A stretch of DNA of 64,000 nt from Amphiscolops sp. MND2022 (GCA_964187785.1 OZ076409.1:47990001-48054000), one strand, 5' to 3'; positions 12,216 to 26,404 are shown, counted from the stretch's first letter. The notes: generated by a model not told the origin, from the letters alone. Made by a program: numbers and translations.

Positions 12216-13903
12216 CTACCAGGTTCCCAGGCTTTCCACCCATGATTCATTCAAAATTCACGATTTCGTCATGCCGAGTTTCATTCCATGATGATGAAAT
12301 TTGGATGAAAAACCATCAATTCAACTTTACGTTATGAATAAGTTTACATTAAATTAAATGTTCGTTTAATTTTGTGTTTAAGAGGCTGTTAAACAACACT
12401 AAAATTGAAAAAATTCCTCCAATTGGAAATTGGAGAACTAAAACTAGTAGGAAAATATTTGAATTGTAATTATACAAACTGTAGGAACCCGACCTCACTT
12501 AAGTTTTTCTGTACTTGAGTTAACATGTCGGTAAACCAATGAAAACGAAAGATGTTTGGAAAAATGAAAGTTTTGATTCTTTTGATTCATTCCGGGTAAA
12601 GATATTGTTAAATGTTTACACCATTCTCGACCACGGAATCGCTCTGAAATTCTACGAAAAATTGCAGAAAAAAATTGGATTTTGGGTCATTCTTGAGTAT
12701 TTTTCACGCTATATTACTGCAAACATTGCCCTTGAAAGACGTATTGCACAGCTATTGTTTCGTCTGCTGCCAATTGAAGAATGCTTGGCATAAAAAGGCT
12801 AAAAAACGTATATCTACGTTTTTGATAAACTTTTATACTATTTTTACAATCAATTTCGTTCGTTTTCTATTAGAAACGGGTACTTATGGTAGCTACATGT
12901 TATTCGGTATTTTGAAAACTCGGAATTTTGATATCGTTCGGAGACAAATTTTTGAGGAGTAATTTTCAACTTTCTCTCCTGAATAGCGATTTGAATTACC
13001 TATTGTTTCTAAGTTCAGGTCGATGAAATTTCTAATCCAAAACAACTCATTATGTGAACAACAGTCGAACTATTAAGTCAAAAAACTCGCTTTTTTGAGA
13101 ACTTTTGGTTTTTTGGGTGCTTTTGTGTCCTATTCTAACGAGAAACTGCAGTTTTTTGTTCAGCAGAACCTACTGTATAAATCTTTTGTTTTTTAACGTT
13201 TGAATTCTTAAACTTACCGAATATTTAAAAACATTCCAAATTTGCATTAAAAAATCACAACACGAAAATTTTGGAGTCTTCGACCCTATCGGATTGTTTT
13301 CTAACACAAACATGATATCTCTTGAAAAAAGCGTTTTGGACAGAACCTTTGAAGTAGTTGGGCAATATTATCAGCCTTTCCTATACTTTTTTTTCAAAAT
13401 TTTTTGGAACAAAAAACGAATAATTGTATTGAAAAACTTGGATCATTCCGAGTTCTTTTTCTTCCAAAAACTGCATTTTTAAGCGTGCTGCGTACATGGA
13501 TTTGCTGTTAGCGTCTTAAACTTCGTAAGCTGCCGAATTTTTGTAGTATTCTACAAAACGTATGTAAAAAGTCAGAGTTTGGAAATTTTAGATTTTTTCA
13601 ACTACCTTGCGTTCATTTTGATGCACGTTCCTGAGAAACTGCGTATGTAAATTCAAAACGTCAAGTGAGTACTGTGTTCAGTCATTGTTGAATGCTGGCA
13701 TCATGAATCTTGTCAAATCCATGAAATTGCTCAAAAGTTTTAAAAAATTGCATAAAGTCAAAACTTGAATAATTGGATTTGAAGTTTTGATCAATTCTGA
13801 AGTACTTTTCTGCAATCAAAACTGCAAAATTCCATATACAAAACGTGCTGCATACCTAGTCATAAATTTTGGAGCTTTTTGAAACTTTTGTACGTAATGT
13901 TTT

Positions 13904-14101
13904 TGTGGTAGAGCGTGTTACATCATCTTCACCAATGTAAATGCAATTGTGAGAAAAGTGTTTATTACTAACAACCTGCCAATATAAGCCAAAGTGGCAA
14001 AATCAGAAAATAACACACAAACTTAAGATACGTCATTCAATACAGTTTACATTCCCGTTCTGTTTTACTTCAACTCAGCTAATTGTCACTGAGCTACTAC
14101 A
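13904..14101 (+). repeat. 5' LTR of Gypsy element (~198 bp)
   Basis: TGTGGTAG...CTACTACA inverted termini, followed directly by PBS TGGCGCTGCGAGC (14102-14114), which resembles the complement of a tRNA-Ser 3' end. Confidence 0.75.
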
Positions 14102-17100
14102 TGGCGCTGCGAGCTGAAGATGACAATTCTAATTCACCCCTTCCGGGCCTTAGCTATTTCTGGCAGGATGCAGAAAAACCGCCAGGTTATGATTGGGAAC
14201 AGTGGGCCCAACTTTTTGAGGTTGCTGTCCTAGCCAGGCACTCAATCTCAATGACTGAATTGCTGCGAGAGGCAGATGAGCGACAACCGAGAATTGCTGC
14301 CATGATGGGAAATCTAGAAGAAGTACCTGCAAAAAGAAAGTTGGTGAGCTTGTTGTAGATATCCATTGGAAAAACCGGAAGAAAGATGTTGATGGACAAG
14401 TTTCCAAACATCAACATTCTGCTAATCGAACTACGAAATCTAGTACAAAACTGCACGGAATGTTTTCAAACACGCAGAAACCGAACTTTGGATCGACGCA
14501 TTTTCTTGTCAAGGAAGCAAAAACCCACTGAGACACTACGTCAATTTTGGAATGTGCTCAATGGACTTGCAGCCTGTTGTGATTTTGGAAACCAAACGGA
14601 AGGGCTTGTACATGATATTTTTGTCTTGAATATGAAAAATAAACAGGTTCAAGAAAAATCATGTACAGAACCAAAAGAATATCCGGCAGATGCATTACAG
14701 TTCGCTATAGCCTTCGAAGACGGCCTAAAAAGACAAAAATCCTACGGGTATATCAATCAAAGGCCAAAAATCAAAGAAGAGCCTATCTGCGCAGTAAGGA
14801 CCAGCCAGTAGAGAGAATGCTGGAGATGTGGAGCAGGAAATTTTACTTTTGATCACTTGAGCAAATGCAAAGCCCCAAATGCTATGTGTAACTATTGCAG
14901 AAGAAAGGGTCATCTCGAAAGAGTTTGCAACCAAAAGAAAAAAAGACACTAACCCAAAAATTAGCAATACCAGAGGATTTGGCAAACGTGTACAAAGAGT
15001 CGATCCAGAAGATAGTGACGAAGATGAAGGAGACGAGTATATGGTTTTGAAACTGGAAGCAGATAAGGACAAAACTAAACCATATTATATGGAAGGATTT
15101 ATGAATGGCAACAGATTCAAGGCCATGATAGACACTGGCTCTCCAGTAACCATCTTTGCACTGGATGAAGTAAAAGGAATATTGGTGAGAGATGAATTAC
15201 AAGTACGCCCAATGATCGAAGACGAACGCTACGTGGATTTCATTGGAAAACCACTCAAGTTATAGGGATATGTGTTTTGCGAGCTGCAAGTGAATGATAG
15301 CTATGTAAAGAAAGCCAGGATTCTAATTGCAAAAACTGGAATGAAATCGATCATTGGTAGAGAATGGCTATCAGCACTACGGTACAAATTGGTCTCTGAA
15401 GGTGAGTTGGAAGTAAATTCAATAGAAAAAGAAACCGAACTAAGTGCAGAAGCAAAACAATTTGTAAACGAGTTTCCAAAGTTATTCGAAAGAAAAGGCA
15501 AGATAAAAAATCACCAAGTACGGATAAATTTCAAAACGGGCGCAAAAATAACGCAGGAAAAAGGGAGAAGAACCCCCATTCAGCTACAAAAAGCCCTGGA
15601 TGAGGAAATTGGCAGATTGCTAAAAGAGGGCCACATAGAAAGAATTAACGAAATAAAAGATAACGTATTCATTCAACCAACGGTGATAACTGTAAAAAAG
15701 GATCGTTCGGTAAAAATTGCGCTGGATTCAAGAGCACTCAACCAAGCAATAGAAAAAGATAAATATCAAATGCCAAATTTAGAGAATTTGCTAGATATGG
15801 TCGCAGAAAAACTAGATACGGAGAAAGGGGAAGCATGGTTTTCATTCATTGATATGACATATGCTTACGGCCAAGTACCCTTGCATCTATTGACAGCAAA
15901 ACATTGTAATTTTCAAATAATCGGAGGTGAATTCAAAAGAACGTATAGATCTGTGACGGGATTTTATGGTCTGTCGGTTATGCCGACAGAAGGTCAAAAG
16001 TAATGGATATTTTCTTCGCAAAATTTGAAGAAGTGTTTGTGTTTGTAGATGATATTTTAATGGTAACAAAAGGAACAAAGAACGAACATTTAGACAAAGT
16101 GCGGGAAATTTTGAAAACTCTCGATCACGCAGAATTACAATTAAAAGCGGGAAAATGTAACTTCGTGACTAATGAAATTGAATGGCTAGGCTTCAAATTG
16201 ACAGAACAAGGAATTTCGCCAGTAAACACAAAAGTGTAGGGAATTACAGAAAAGCTCCGACTTACAAATTTAAAAGAATTGCGATCCTTTTTGGGAGGAG
16301 TAAACCAATTGAACAACTTTATTCCGGATTTAGAGTTAATATACTCGACATTTAGATCAATTCTAAAGAAAGACGCAAGGTGGATTTGGAATAACGAACA
16401 CGAAAAGGCGTTTCCTAAGGTAAATGACGATGTGAGAAAAGTAGCGGAAGTTACACTTTTCAAAAGAAACAAACCTTTGAGAATAATTTGCGATGCGAGC
16501 AAAAACGGATTAAGAGCGGTATTACAACAGTGTGAAGAAAACACATGGAAACCGATTTCATACGCATCTAGGTTTTTAACAGAACTAGAGTCGAAATATT
16601 CAATAAAAGAATTAGAAATATTAGCTGTAGTTTGGTTAATAGAACATTTTAAAAACTATGTGTACGGAAGATCGTTTGGTATAGTTTCTGATCATGAAGC
16701 ATTGCAAAGTGTGCTAAGGTCCAACAAAGGAAATAAAACGAATTCCAGTCGACTAACACAATGGGTCGATAGGATATTTTTTTGATTTTGCAATAGTACA
16801 TACTCCGGGCAGAACGCTAGGAATGGCAGACTATTTATCAAGACACATGTCAAAAAATGAAGGCGCCGTCGCAAAAGCGGAGGAATTGTTCAATGATTTG
16901 TTTACTTTAAACGTATTAGATGAGATCTCGCCAAAACTGCCACAATCGGCAAATCCGCGTAAGCCAATCAAATCGCAAGAAATTAAGAACGCTAAACGGA
17001 AATTGAACAGCGGCGTGTTGACGATTTACCAGCCTGTACAAACAATTGACGCGTGTAAAGAAGCTGCGAAGACGCCAATTAGCAAAACAATGACAGATTT

Positions 17101-17773
17101 TAGAGACTTGTCCAAATTCAAAATTAGTAACGATTACGTCAAAGCAAATGCTGAAAATGAGAGAAAATTAGAGATAGACCCAAAGATCGAAATAGAGCAC
17201 GAAGATTTCAGCGATGAGGTGGACTCCACAATTCTAATCCGAGAAAGGGTACGTGGGACAATGTTAGAAGGAGCGTGCAAGCGTGTGAAAGGCAAAGTAG
17301 TAGGTCAGTCAGAACAAACAATCACAGTGCTGACAAGAGGGAACAAAAGCGAGACTGTTTACTCAGAGAGAGACGTGGCGAAAACCACAAAATTGCCAAG
17401 TACAAGCAAGATGCCAAAAAGAAGAAAAGGGGCAATAGAGACAATAGTAAAACAAAACAAAAATAGAAAAGGAAAAAGAAACCAAGACGAAAGAGATATA
17501 GGCAAATGGTCCACAAGCAGTCCCTTTCCTGATGAAGGCAAAAAGATTGTAAATAGCCCTGTAAATAATGAAGAAACTGAAGAAGGGGAAGAAATGGAAA
17601 CACAAAGCCAAATTGCCGAAGAAACTGAAAGAAACGAGACTGAACCGCAACTGGAAATACAAAAGGAAGAAGCTCAGAATGAAGAAGAAAGGATTGACGA
17701 ACTACCAAAGATTCCTGTAAAGGGAACCGTGAAATGGAAAAAACGAAGCTCAGAACGAGTTTTTGTGGAGTGA
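14101..17773 (+). pseudogene. gag-pol pseudogene (zinc knuckle, protease, RT, RNase H; integrase core missing)
   Basis: CWRC...H...C and CNYCRRKGHLERVC knuckles (~14815-14930), protease MIDTGS (~15125), RT LDSRALN/IDMTYAYGQ/FVDD, RNase H ICDAS...ELEILAV; stops at ~14356, 14809, 15263, 16001, 16237, 16783 plus frameshifts. Confidence 0.92.
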
Positions 17774-20271
17774 CACTGTTCAATTTGGATATAAATTTGG
17801 AACATGGCAAATTTTGGAAAAAAGTTGAAACGCGGCTGATTTAAAAATTTTCTTCTCCCAAATGAAATATGGATGGAAAATAGTAAATTATAGTGTATTT
17901 TTTCACCATCTGTTCAATTCGTTTTAAATGAAGTACATAATACCAAGCCACTATTTCTCCAGCTTTTTTCAATTGAAAAATTTGCTTTATTGCTTGGCTC
18001 TAAAAGTGAGTATGTATAGAAAACTATGTTACTTCGATTACCTTCCTTGTATTATCATAACTGTAGAATACAAAATTTCAGTTGTTCTCGTACAATTGAG
18101 CCACTAATTGTTGTAGATGTAACAACAAAAATCATGAAAGCTTAATTCTCACGTTTTTCACACTTTTAACAAAAAGGCACCTCTATCAGCATCAAAAAAT
18201 CATCAAAGCTCCAATCTGGACGAAATTTCATCCGATTGATTTTAAAGTTTTCAGTGTAGCACCAATAAAGGAACGCACCAATGTCAAGGCAGGAACGCAC
18301 CAATGTCAATGCATACTTAATGGTATAATCAACTTTTTCAGTTTTTCAATGTTTGATAACACTGATCTGTTGTCATTTTGCAACGTGCATTAATTGAAAT
18401 TTTCCAGGAAAAAAGAAACGACAAATTGTAAAAACTGAACTTGGTCACAAAAATTGTTGGTTTAGCGGTAAAATCTTTTAGTTCACATTAAATTCGAAGC
18501 TCGCAGGAATTCGCGAAGTTAATGGGAATTGATGTCAAACATTGCAGAGGAATTGAGGTAGTTCATTGGAAAATTTGGAACATTTGCAAGCGTCACAAAA
18601 CTTTGGGAACCTCGACTTTTAGACATTATTCGTTCTCTGTTTCCGTCAACTTCGGAAACAAACGTTGAACCATAAGGTGCCCGAGGTAGTCTACTCCGGT
18701 TGTCCTATGACACTCTGAATAATAATCACCAAGGGAGTACGCCGTTTACAAAAATTCTTCCAAAAGAACGCAGCTATCTGCGTTTTTATTGAACATTGTG
18801 TAAAGGCATTATGGATTGACTTCGAAGCTGATATAAAATCCCTTGAAAGTCCAAAATATTATCAAGTGTACGTTTTGAACCCGAAAGTTCATTTGTGTTG
18901 ACACTTGAAACGATTTCGGTTTTTTGAGTTGAAAAAAGTCTTTGGTACTAGTAACAAAAACTAAGTAAGAACTTCAAGACGCCTTTCATGGCTTGAGATA
19001 TATGGCTTCAAACTGAACAAAAGTTCACAGAAACGCACCAAATACAGTCACTAGCTTTTGGTAGAAATTGTTAGAACAAAAAAAATCAAAATTGAAAAGT
19101 TAACAGCTGAAACTATACAAAAAAGGATTCAATTCAAAACCTTTCGAGGAATCTAATTAAATATAAGAAAAACTAATGACTAGAAGTTGAAAGTTGAGAA
19201 AAGTGAAGCCTTAAATAACTGTGTATTTGTCATTGCTGAGAACTCAATAATTATAGAATCTTTTCTCATAATTGTAGCAATGAAGAAACTTGGAAACGGT
19301 AGACGAATAATTTACACCAATTTCGAGATGGAGTATTTGCTGAACAAGTGGAGGTGAAGTTGGAGGTAGCGGAGTAAAATAGGATGTGGGTTCTGAAGTG
19401 CAGATAACTGAAGGGCTAAATCGAACGTTGGATGCACTTGTGAAAGGATGACACATATGGTTTATTTTGTCCTGTTTATCGCGTATCACCCACAATTGTT
19501 TTTATGAATTTGTCTCAAGAGGCAGACGCAAACAAACACACGTGAACTGATCAATCCATCTTTTTGAACACTTGATAATTTTGGTCATTTGCATTCTGCC
19601 TGCAATAAAAAAGCAACTGAGACGCTTCTTTTTCTTCTTTTTTAAACTTAGATTTTAAACTTACATTTCAATAACATCCCTTGCAAACGACACATACCTG
19701 TTGAAATGAACTGTATGGTGCCACTAGAAATGGAAATGAATGAGGAACCTTGCGGGATATTTGGTGATTTTTAGTGTTATCGATTTCCTAACAGCTAAGA
19801 CCATCTTTTCTTAATTTGGTTTTATATTGTGGTGGAATAAGATCTGAAATGAATGTTCTGGAGTAAAAATCTAGAACCATTTTTCTGATGCAATAATATT
19901 CAAAACTGTTTTTATGATGGAACGGAAACGTCTAAAAGGCTCAAAAAAGGGCAACGTTTCTATAGTATGCTCAGGGGTTACAAACGAAAATCTCACTGAT
20001 ACAAGACTGACGACAGAAAATGCCCAGAGAGTGCTTTTTGTGTTCGAAAAACTTACAAAAAGATTTTCTGATTCTTTAAAGAAAGTCACACAATGCCAAA
20101 ACACCCGAAGGAGGAACGCTTCAAGCTCTTGAAACTTATAATCGTAACTGGAAACATGAAAAAATTGAAGGAGGTCTTGTAAGAAAATTTCGAGGAAAAG
20201 TAGTACGATGCAGAAAAACCATAATGGAGATCCTTCGGTCCGTCATATAGTTCCAAGGAGGCGGTAAAACA

Positions 20272-20741
20272 GGTGCCGTTGTAAGTTCGCCATATTTAAG
20301 TTCGCCACGTATAAGTTAGCCCGTAAAACTTAGCCACGTTTAAGTTAGCCACCATATAAGATCGCCACGTTTATTTTCGCCACATTTCAGCTAATGAAAG
20401 AATTCCATATCAGCGATTATTTTCATTTGGTTATATTTAGTGGCGATTAGCATACTTGTTGTATGGCTCGGTCGCTTCGCTCCCTTCGCCAAGTAGCAAC
20501 ATTGAGGCATGGCCATATGGCACGCCGCTCCGCTTCGCTTCGCTCCTGCATTTAGGGCACTAGGGGTATGTGAACATATCTGACTACGTTATCGTAATTT
20601 TGAATGCTCAAATTTGATTGGCCGAAAATGTGGCGAACTTGTATGTGGCGAACATATATGGTGGCTAAATTAAATATGGCTAAGATTTACGGGCTAACTT
20701 ATATGTGGCGAACTTAAAAGTGGTGAACTCAAACGGACACG
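20272..20741. mobile_element. Mutator/MULE-like MITE (470 bp) with 9-bp TSD and central hairpin cassette
   Basis: TSD GGTAAAACA at 20263-20271 and 20742-20750; TIR ggtgccgttgtaagttcgcca vs cgtgtccgtttgagttcacca; inverted subterminal TAAGTT(C/A)GCC arrays; cassette copy B on the minus strand at 20458-20563. Confidence 0.88.
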
Positions 20742-22049
20742 GGTAAAACAATGTAATACTCAATGGGAGTTCCCTTTGACTGGCCTCTTTGAGTACCTTT
20801 CAATTCTCAGACGTAAAAAAGGACCCTGCAGTGTAAGCTCTGTGGACTGGAGGAAAAAAAGAGAAAGAAATAGTTACTGTGATAGTCGGGCACGTTTCCT
20901 TTTAAAACGTTGCTATTTTCTGCCAAATCACTCTTGTTTGGTGGAATGAGCAAAAAAATCGTCCAGCAAATTTAGGTCTCTGGTGAATAAAGCTTTAGAA
21001 TTGCTTTTTGGCACAGCTTTCAGGGACCTCATCTTTTTATTTCTGAAACCGAAAACCACTTTGTTTTGAAAAAACTCTTGCGCTAAACAATAAAACAAGA
21101 CGTCCGCTAAAAAGCGGGAGATTTTTCGCCGCAAACTTTTCTACTACCACATGATTTTGAGACTCAAAAGTAATAATTGCACTATGAAAAAGCAAAGAAG
21201 TTTGAAAGAATGAATTTTTGACACTTTTTGATTCATCTTGTCCTTTTTTAACGGAAACACGTGATTTAAGAATAGTGTAAGTACCGAAGTGAATTATTTT
21301 TGAACTAAGTGAATATTAGTATTGAACCGACCGAAGTTATATGTTTATATACACCAAAAGTCACTAAAATTTTTATAAATCGGAAAACTTGATACTTTCG
21401 AACCATTTGGGCCGTTTTGTCGAGCTTTCCAAGCTAGAAGCTGCACATATCTCCTCCGAATTGCCTTAAGGATACAAAATCTGATCGATGGTCAAGGTTT
21501 TTAACCAATTTTACAAAAATTAAAAATTTCACAAACAAATGAATGAAAACGTCAAACACTTTTGATCTTTAGGGGTTTGCTGCGTGTTTTTTCTACCTGA
21601 AAAAAACACAACCTTTTTCCTTAAAAACTTACTGCAGAGATAGTAATTTATTTAGGAGCATAGTGACTTTTGAATATTTAACAAGAAAAGCAGGTCGAGA
21701 AAAAAATCTTACGTTTTCGAGAAGTTTGTAATTTTTCCTTCTGGAACGCAATTTCGTTCAAAATCCCAATTGGGAAGCACATGTTTCGAAACTGGGCCCA
21801 AGAGTTCTCTAAAAATTGAAAACGTTCAGGAATTTTGCAAAATTGGGAGTATGTTGTCGATTAATGATGAACTTCGTAACTTTTGACACATTTGTTCTCA
21901 ATTCCGAGGAACTCTACCCCATTATCTGTCTCGAGTTGTGTTTTGAATAGCCTATTGTTTTAACTTCCAAATCGATGGAAGTTCAATTTTTCAACGAAAA
22001 ACTCGCGAACTGAACAAGTTTGGCTCTAATCAGTCAAAAATCGACTATT

Positions 22050-23650
22050 TTATGTTCGACATTTTTATGTTTTTGGAGTGTTTTTGAGGCCGATTTTAAT
22101 AAGAAACTGCGTTTATACCTTCAGATTGTACTACTTTTTTTATTTTAAAACTTGTTCTTGCCACGGAATCTTTCAAACATTTTACGAAAATTAGCGTCAA
22201 AACGTCGAAAACTTTTTATATTTTAGAGTTTTAGAGAAAATTTTAGGTCATACTGAGTTAGTTTTCATCCAACAAAACTACAAACTTCTATTCTGAAAGA
22301 GTGCTGCGGATCGCATTGTCTTGTGTGGATCCTTCCGAAGTTTTTTTATCATAAACGTTTTCTAGTGTCGAATTAAAATCAATAAAAATATCAGAGATTT
22401 GAAACTTTTTAAAAATTCGACTAAGTTTTCATCATTTGGGGACATTTTTAATCAAGAAACTGCATTATTTCCCAAAGAGCCAAGTTGATATCGCGTGTGT
22501 TTGTTGTTGAATACTTTCTTTTGTTCTAGTACAAGAACTCCTGACAACTTTCAAAAATTGCAGAAAACTCCAATTTGAAACTTTATGAATTTTCGTCTGC
22601 TTCGGTTAACCTGTGGTTTTTCTTCCAAGACAACTGCCATTTTCTGATGAATGGCACTACAGCCTGGCTGGACATTTTGTTTGGAGGATAATTCACGTTC
22701 TAAGTTACGAAATCTATAAAAGTATCAAATTTATATTTTTCGACATCTATCGGGTAAATTTGAAAAATTTCCAGACATGATTATGCGGATACCTCTTCAG
22801 AAAGCCTACTTGGGAACAAATTTAATATTTTTTGAAACCTTCGAACATTTTAACCACGAAAAGATACAAAAAGTACATATATCAATACAAAAACGATTGG
22901 CATGTTATTTGAATTCATTGCGAAACTTCTTTGAAGCAAAACACTGCAACTTTCTCTTCAAAAAAGTATAGTGCAAAGCTGTTTTTCTCCTTTGAATTTT
23001 CTGAACCTTCTAACCCATGAAAACCTCGTAAATTGTACTCAAATTGAAACACAAAAACTGCAAACTTTGTTATTTTTTGTTATCTTTGGGTTAATCTGAG
23101 GCAATTTCTTAACAAATGCTTTCAACTTTTTACAGAAGTTTAGTGGACGACGAATGTTTGCTCGCTGAACGTTTTCACATTTAAGTCCAAGAAGTTATCG
23201 AAGTTTTGACAAACGATGCAGAAAAATTGTTTAAAAAATCTGAAATGTTTAGATATTTGGACAATTTTGGTCACAATTTGAGGCATTTTCCCTTAGAAAA
23301 CTGCATTCATTTCCTCAAAGAAACATCTTGCCTATTGAAATCGTTCAGTTTTGAACGTTTCCAGCATTCTAAACCACTAAATATATTGAAACTTTGATTT
23401 AAAAAAACGTAGAAACTCGGAAATTTTAGGAAGTTTTATAAAATTTGGTCACAATTGGAGTCATTTTTTTATTGAAAACTGCTTTTATTTCTTCAGAAAA
23501 GCCTTCGTGACAACAAATTCTTTGCAAGGTGAGCGTTTTTAGGATTCTAAGCGACCAAGTCTGCTGAAAGTTTGAGAAAAATTGCGAGAAAAATCGCATG
23601 AAAACATGTTTACGTCAGTTGATTTCCATGGGTGAAACCCAATAACTTGG
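22050..23650. repeat. Diverged ~180-bp tandem array of a dispersed repeat family
   Basis: Recurring tttgg(t)cacaatttgaggcatttt...aaaactgc units at ~22905, 23086, 23266, 23445; followed by the conserved block gttgatttccatgggt. Confidence 0.55.
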
Positions 23651-23775
23651 ATATACACTATGGTAGCAAAAAGCGACGTACAGCTGAAAATTAAATCTTA
23701 TTCAGTTTGTGAAGAACTGTTTTCATTCTCAACCGGAAGTGAAATCAATCACTCTTGAATTAAACATTGTTGAAA

Positions 23776-25278
23776 ATGGTCAAACCTTTGGATTCATACG
23801 TTGTTTGCAAAATCGTTACACTTCGCGAAATGGGTTTATCATACAAAGAAATTAAAGAAAAGTTGGGTCTTAAATCTTGATCGACAGCTCAAACAGCTTA
23901 TCAGCGTTTTTTGAGAACGAACTCTTATGTGGCGAAAAAACCTCCAGGCCGGCCAGAAAAGCTCAGCGAAAAAGAGCAAAGACTAATAGTTCGAAGAGTG
24001 GAAAAAGACCCAAAAACAACATTAGAACGAGTAAGAGTACTGCAAAACTCTTTTTCAACGTCAAAGACAGTTTCTAAATGCACTATTCGAAGAATCCTGA
24101 AGAAGTACGGAATTGTTTCTAGAAAAGCCGCAAAAAAGTTTAACTTGAACAAAAAACAAAGGCTGGTCAGAAAACGCTGGTGCTCGAGAATGTTGAAAAA
24201 GCCCCTTGGTTTTTATCCAGCGACAATATTCACCGAAAATGGGAAAAAGTTATGGAATTTTTTGAAAGAAAAAACATTTGAGAAAAATCTCAAAGTGCCG
24301 AAAAAACCAAAACGAAATAAAAAATTTTATCAAATCAATCACTTTGGTAGAGTGAACTAATAGCGCTTTTGATGGTGCTGTCATAGATACAAGACGAGAA
24401 CATCTAAAGTCGGCGCTAAACCTAAGGCTCAAAAAGCGCAAAGTGTAGAAACTCTGCTCAGAACTTTTATGAAAAGACAAAAAACCTCAAAACACCAAAA
24501 TATCATAAAGTTTGAAAGGGGACCCTTTAGTCTCGTTCGGTTTCGTATGTTACGTTAAAAAAGAGAGAATGAGAGGGTGGACCTTCTGCACTACCTTAGA
24601 TGCATATTCGCTGGCCAGATTTGGGTGTTATTGTAAGCTTGAAGAAGGTTGTTTTTGTTTCACTCGAACTTTTGTATTTTTGTTCTGAAATTCGGCTGGA
24701 TGGAAACTAGGCTTCTGGGAAAACGTCGTATTCTCAGACGAAACCCGTGTGCGCTTGAATAGTGATGGCGTTGTCCGGGTGTTCAGGAAAACTGGTCGTC
24801 GCTTTTGCCCGAAAAACACACAGGGAATACGCACAGACAAAAGATCTATGATGTTTTGGGGGGCCATCAGATCAGATGGTAGGAAAATGCTAATTAAATG
24901 TCCCGCAACACTCAACAGTTACGGATATTTGGAGATTTTAAAGCAATACGATCGACATTTGAATATACCGGATTTGGTGTTCCAGCAAGACAACGCCCCA
25001 GTACACAAAAGTGAAGTTGTTCGCAATTTTCTGGCCCAAGAGCAATGGGAGGTGCTGGATTGGCCAGCTTACAGTCCTGACCTGAATCTATTGAAAATAT
25101 TTGGGCCATTTTTAAAAAAAGCTTGCGAGGTCAGATTGTTACCTGGGAGAATTTAGAAGAAAAGGTTATGGAAGTGTGGAACAACATAAACCCTGATGTT
25201 GTTCGCAACTTGTACTCATCGTATGAGAATCGTCTGGTGAAGGTAATCAAAAACCATGGTAGTTTGACGGGATATTGA
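23776..25278 (+). pseudogene. Tc1 DD34E transposase pseudogene
   Basis: MVKPLD...GRPEKLS HTH region, VVFSDET, FQQDNAPVH, WPAYSPDLN(P)IENIW with 34 residues between the second D and E after restoring a 1-nt deletion; stop at ~23878; insertion at ~24206-24709. Confidence 0.93.
24206..24709. mobile_element. ~500-bp insertion in the Tc1 transposase (short TIRs, contains a HINE fragment)
   Basis: Splits KKPL|GFW; ends ttggtttttatccagcga / tcggctggatggaaacta are imperfect inverted repeats; internal acaagacg...aagtcggcgct...taaggctcaaaaagcgc. Confidence 0.7.
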
Positions 25279-26404
25279 TTTATTATTTGTTTCAACAGTT
25301 GTTTCAAATTTTACTGTTCTGAGTTTTTTTTAAAAAAATGTTGGTGTACGTAGCTTTTTGATACCATAGTGTATAATTGGAACATGGCAAATCTTGTAAA
25401 AAACGCGGCTGATATAAATATTTTCCTTTCCGTATGAAGCATGGGCGGAAATTGACAATGAAAAAAAAATAAAAACTTCAATAAATACCCAACCGGTTGT
25501 CTTAATTGACACTTGTTTGAGAATTTGACTCTTGGATGACTGCTTCGACACTTCCAGCATTCATTAGATAACACTGACTTTTTACTTCTTTTTTGCAAAA
25601 GAGCAGAACTTCTCACATAGGAAAAATGTTAGAAATGTTTAGACAGGCCCTTATGAAAGAAGGCCAGCGAAGATTGAAAAAAATGAACTTTTTGAGATGA
25701 TGATTTTCTTTTTTTTTTCGAAAAATCTCAAATCTGAACGAAAGTTCAATTTTGTGTTATTAACTTGAACTCAAGAAAATTTCGGTTCCTTTCGCACTGC
25801 AAATGTTTGTTGGTGTTTTTGTGGAGTCAACTGTTTCTCAGTTATACTGAAACGATAATTCGGAAGAGAAGTTTTTACTGCCGGATCTTATACAGATGCA
25901 ATGTTTTCTCAAGCTTCCATTCCTTCTTGAGGGGACCTTCACTCCAAGAGCTTGTTGGTAGCCCAACCAGATTCTACTATTCAGATTTCACAAAACTATT
26001 CCAACATTCTTCGTTTCGTTATAACAATCTTTGATATTTCTTTTGTTGGTTTTTATAATTTTGAAATTTTTGATTTAGATTTCTGTATTTTGTTCTGCAT
26101 TCTTAAATTCTCCTGCTCAGCGCTTCACAAGTTGTTTTAGCTTTTGAGAGAAAATGTCTATTTCATATGGAAAACGAGGTCTGAGAGTCGGCAAACGGTG
26201 GCTCTGAAATGTTTGAAAACGTTAAGCGATGCAACTTCTGATAAGCGATGCAACAATTGCGTTTAATGAAACCTATGAAATTGTTTCGTCGTTTCCAACA
26301 TAAATCGGCACACAGAAATTGGACACTTATTTGGTAGTAATTATAACTCTAATGAGTGAAACTTTTGGCGTGGTATCAGTCATTAATCTGAAACGCATTT
26401 GGTA

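Larger units (their letters stand above)
13904..17773 (+). mobile_element. Decayed Ty3/Gypsy LTR retrotransposon, 3' LTR absent
   Basis: LTR and PBS followed by gag-pol remnants in the order gag-PR-RT-RH; no second LTR found downstream. Confidence 0.92.
23656..25371 (+). mobile_element. Tc1-family DNA transposon (interrupted)
   Basis: 27-bp TIRs cactatggta(g/t)caaaaagc(g/t)acgtaca with 2 mismatches; TA TSD at 23654-55 and 25372-73. Confidence 0.95.

Noticed and set aside
17322..17810. Antisense hydrophobic ORFs
   Set aside because: Shadow frames of the purine-rich Gypsy tail.
19244..19760. Minus-strand exon/intron-like signals (intron 19600-19664)
   Set aside because: Splice sites are plausible, but alternative frames give conflicting short peptides with no recognisable domain.
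23911..24360. 149-aa ORF as an intact gene
   Set aside because: Chimera of the Tc1 N-terminus reading into the inserted element, with an upstream in-frame stop.
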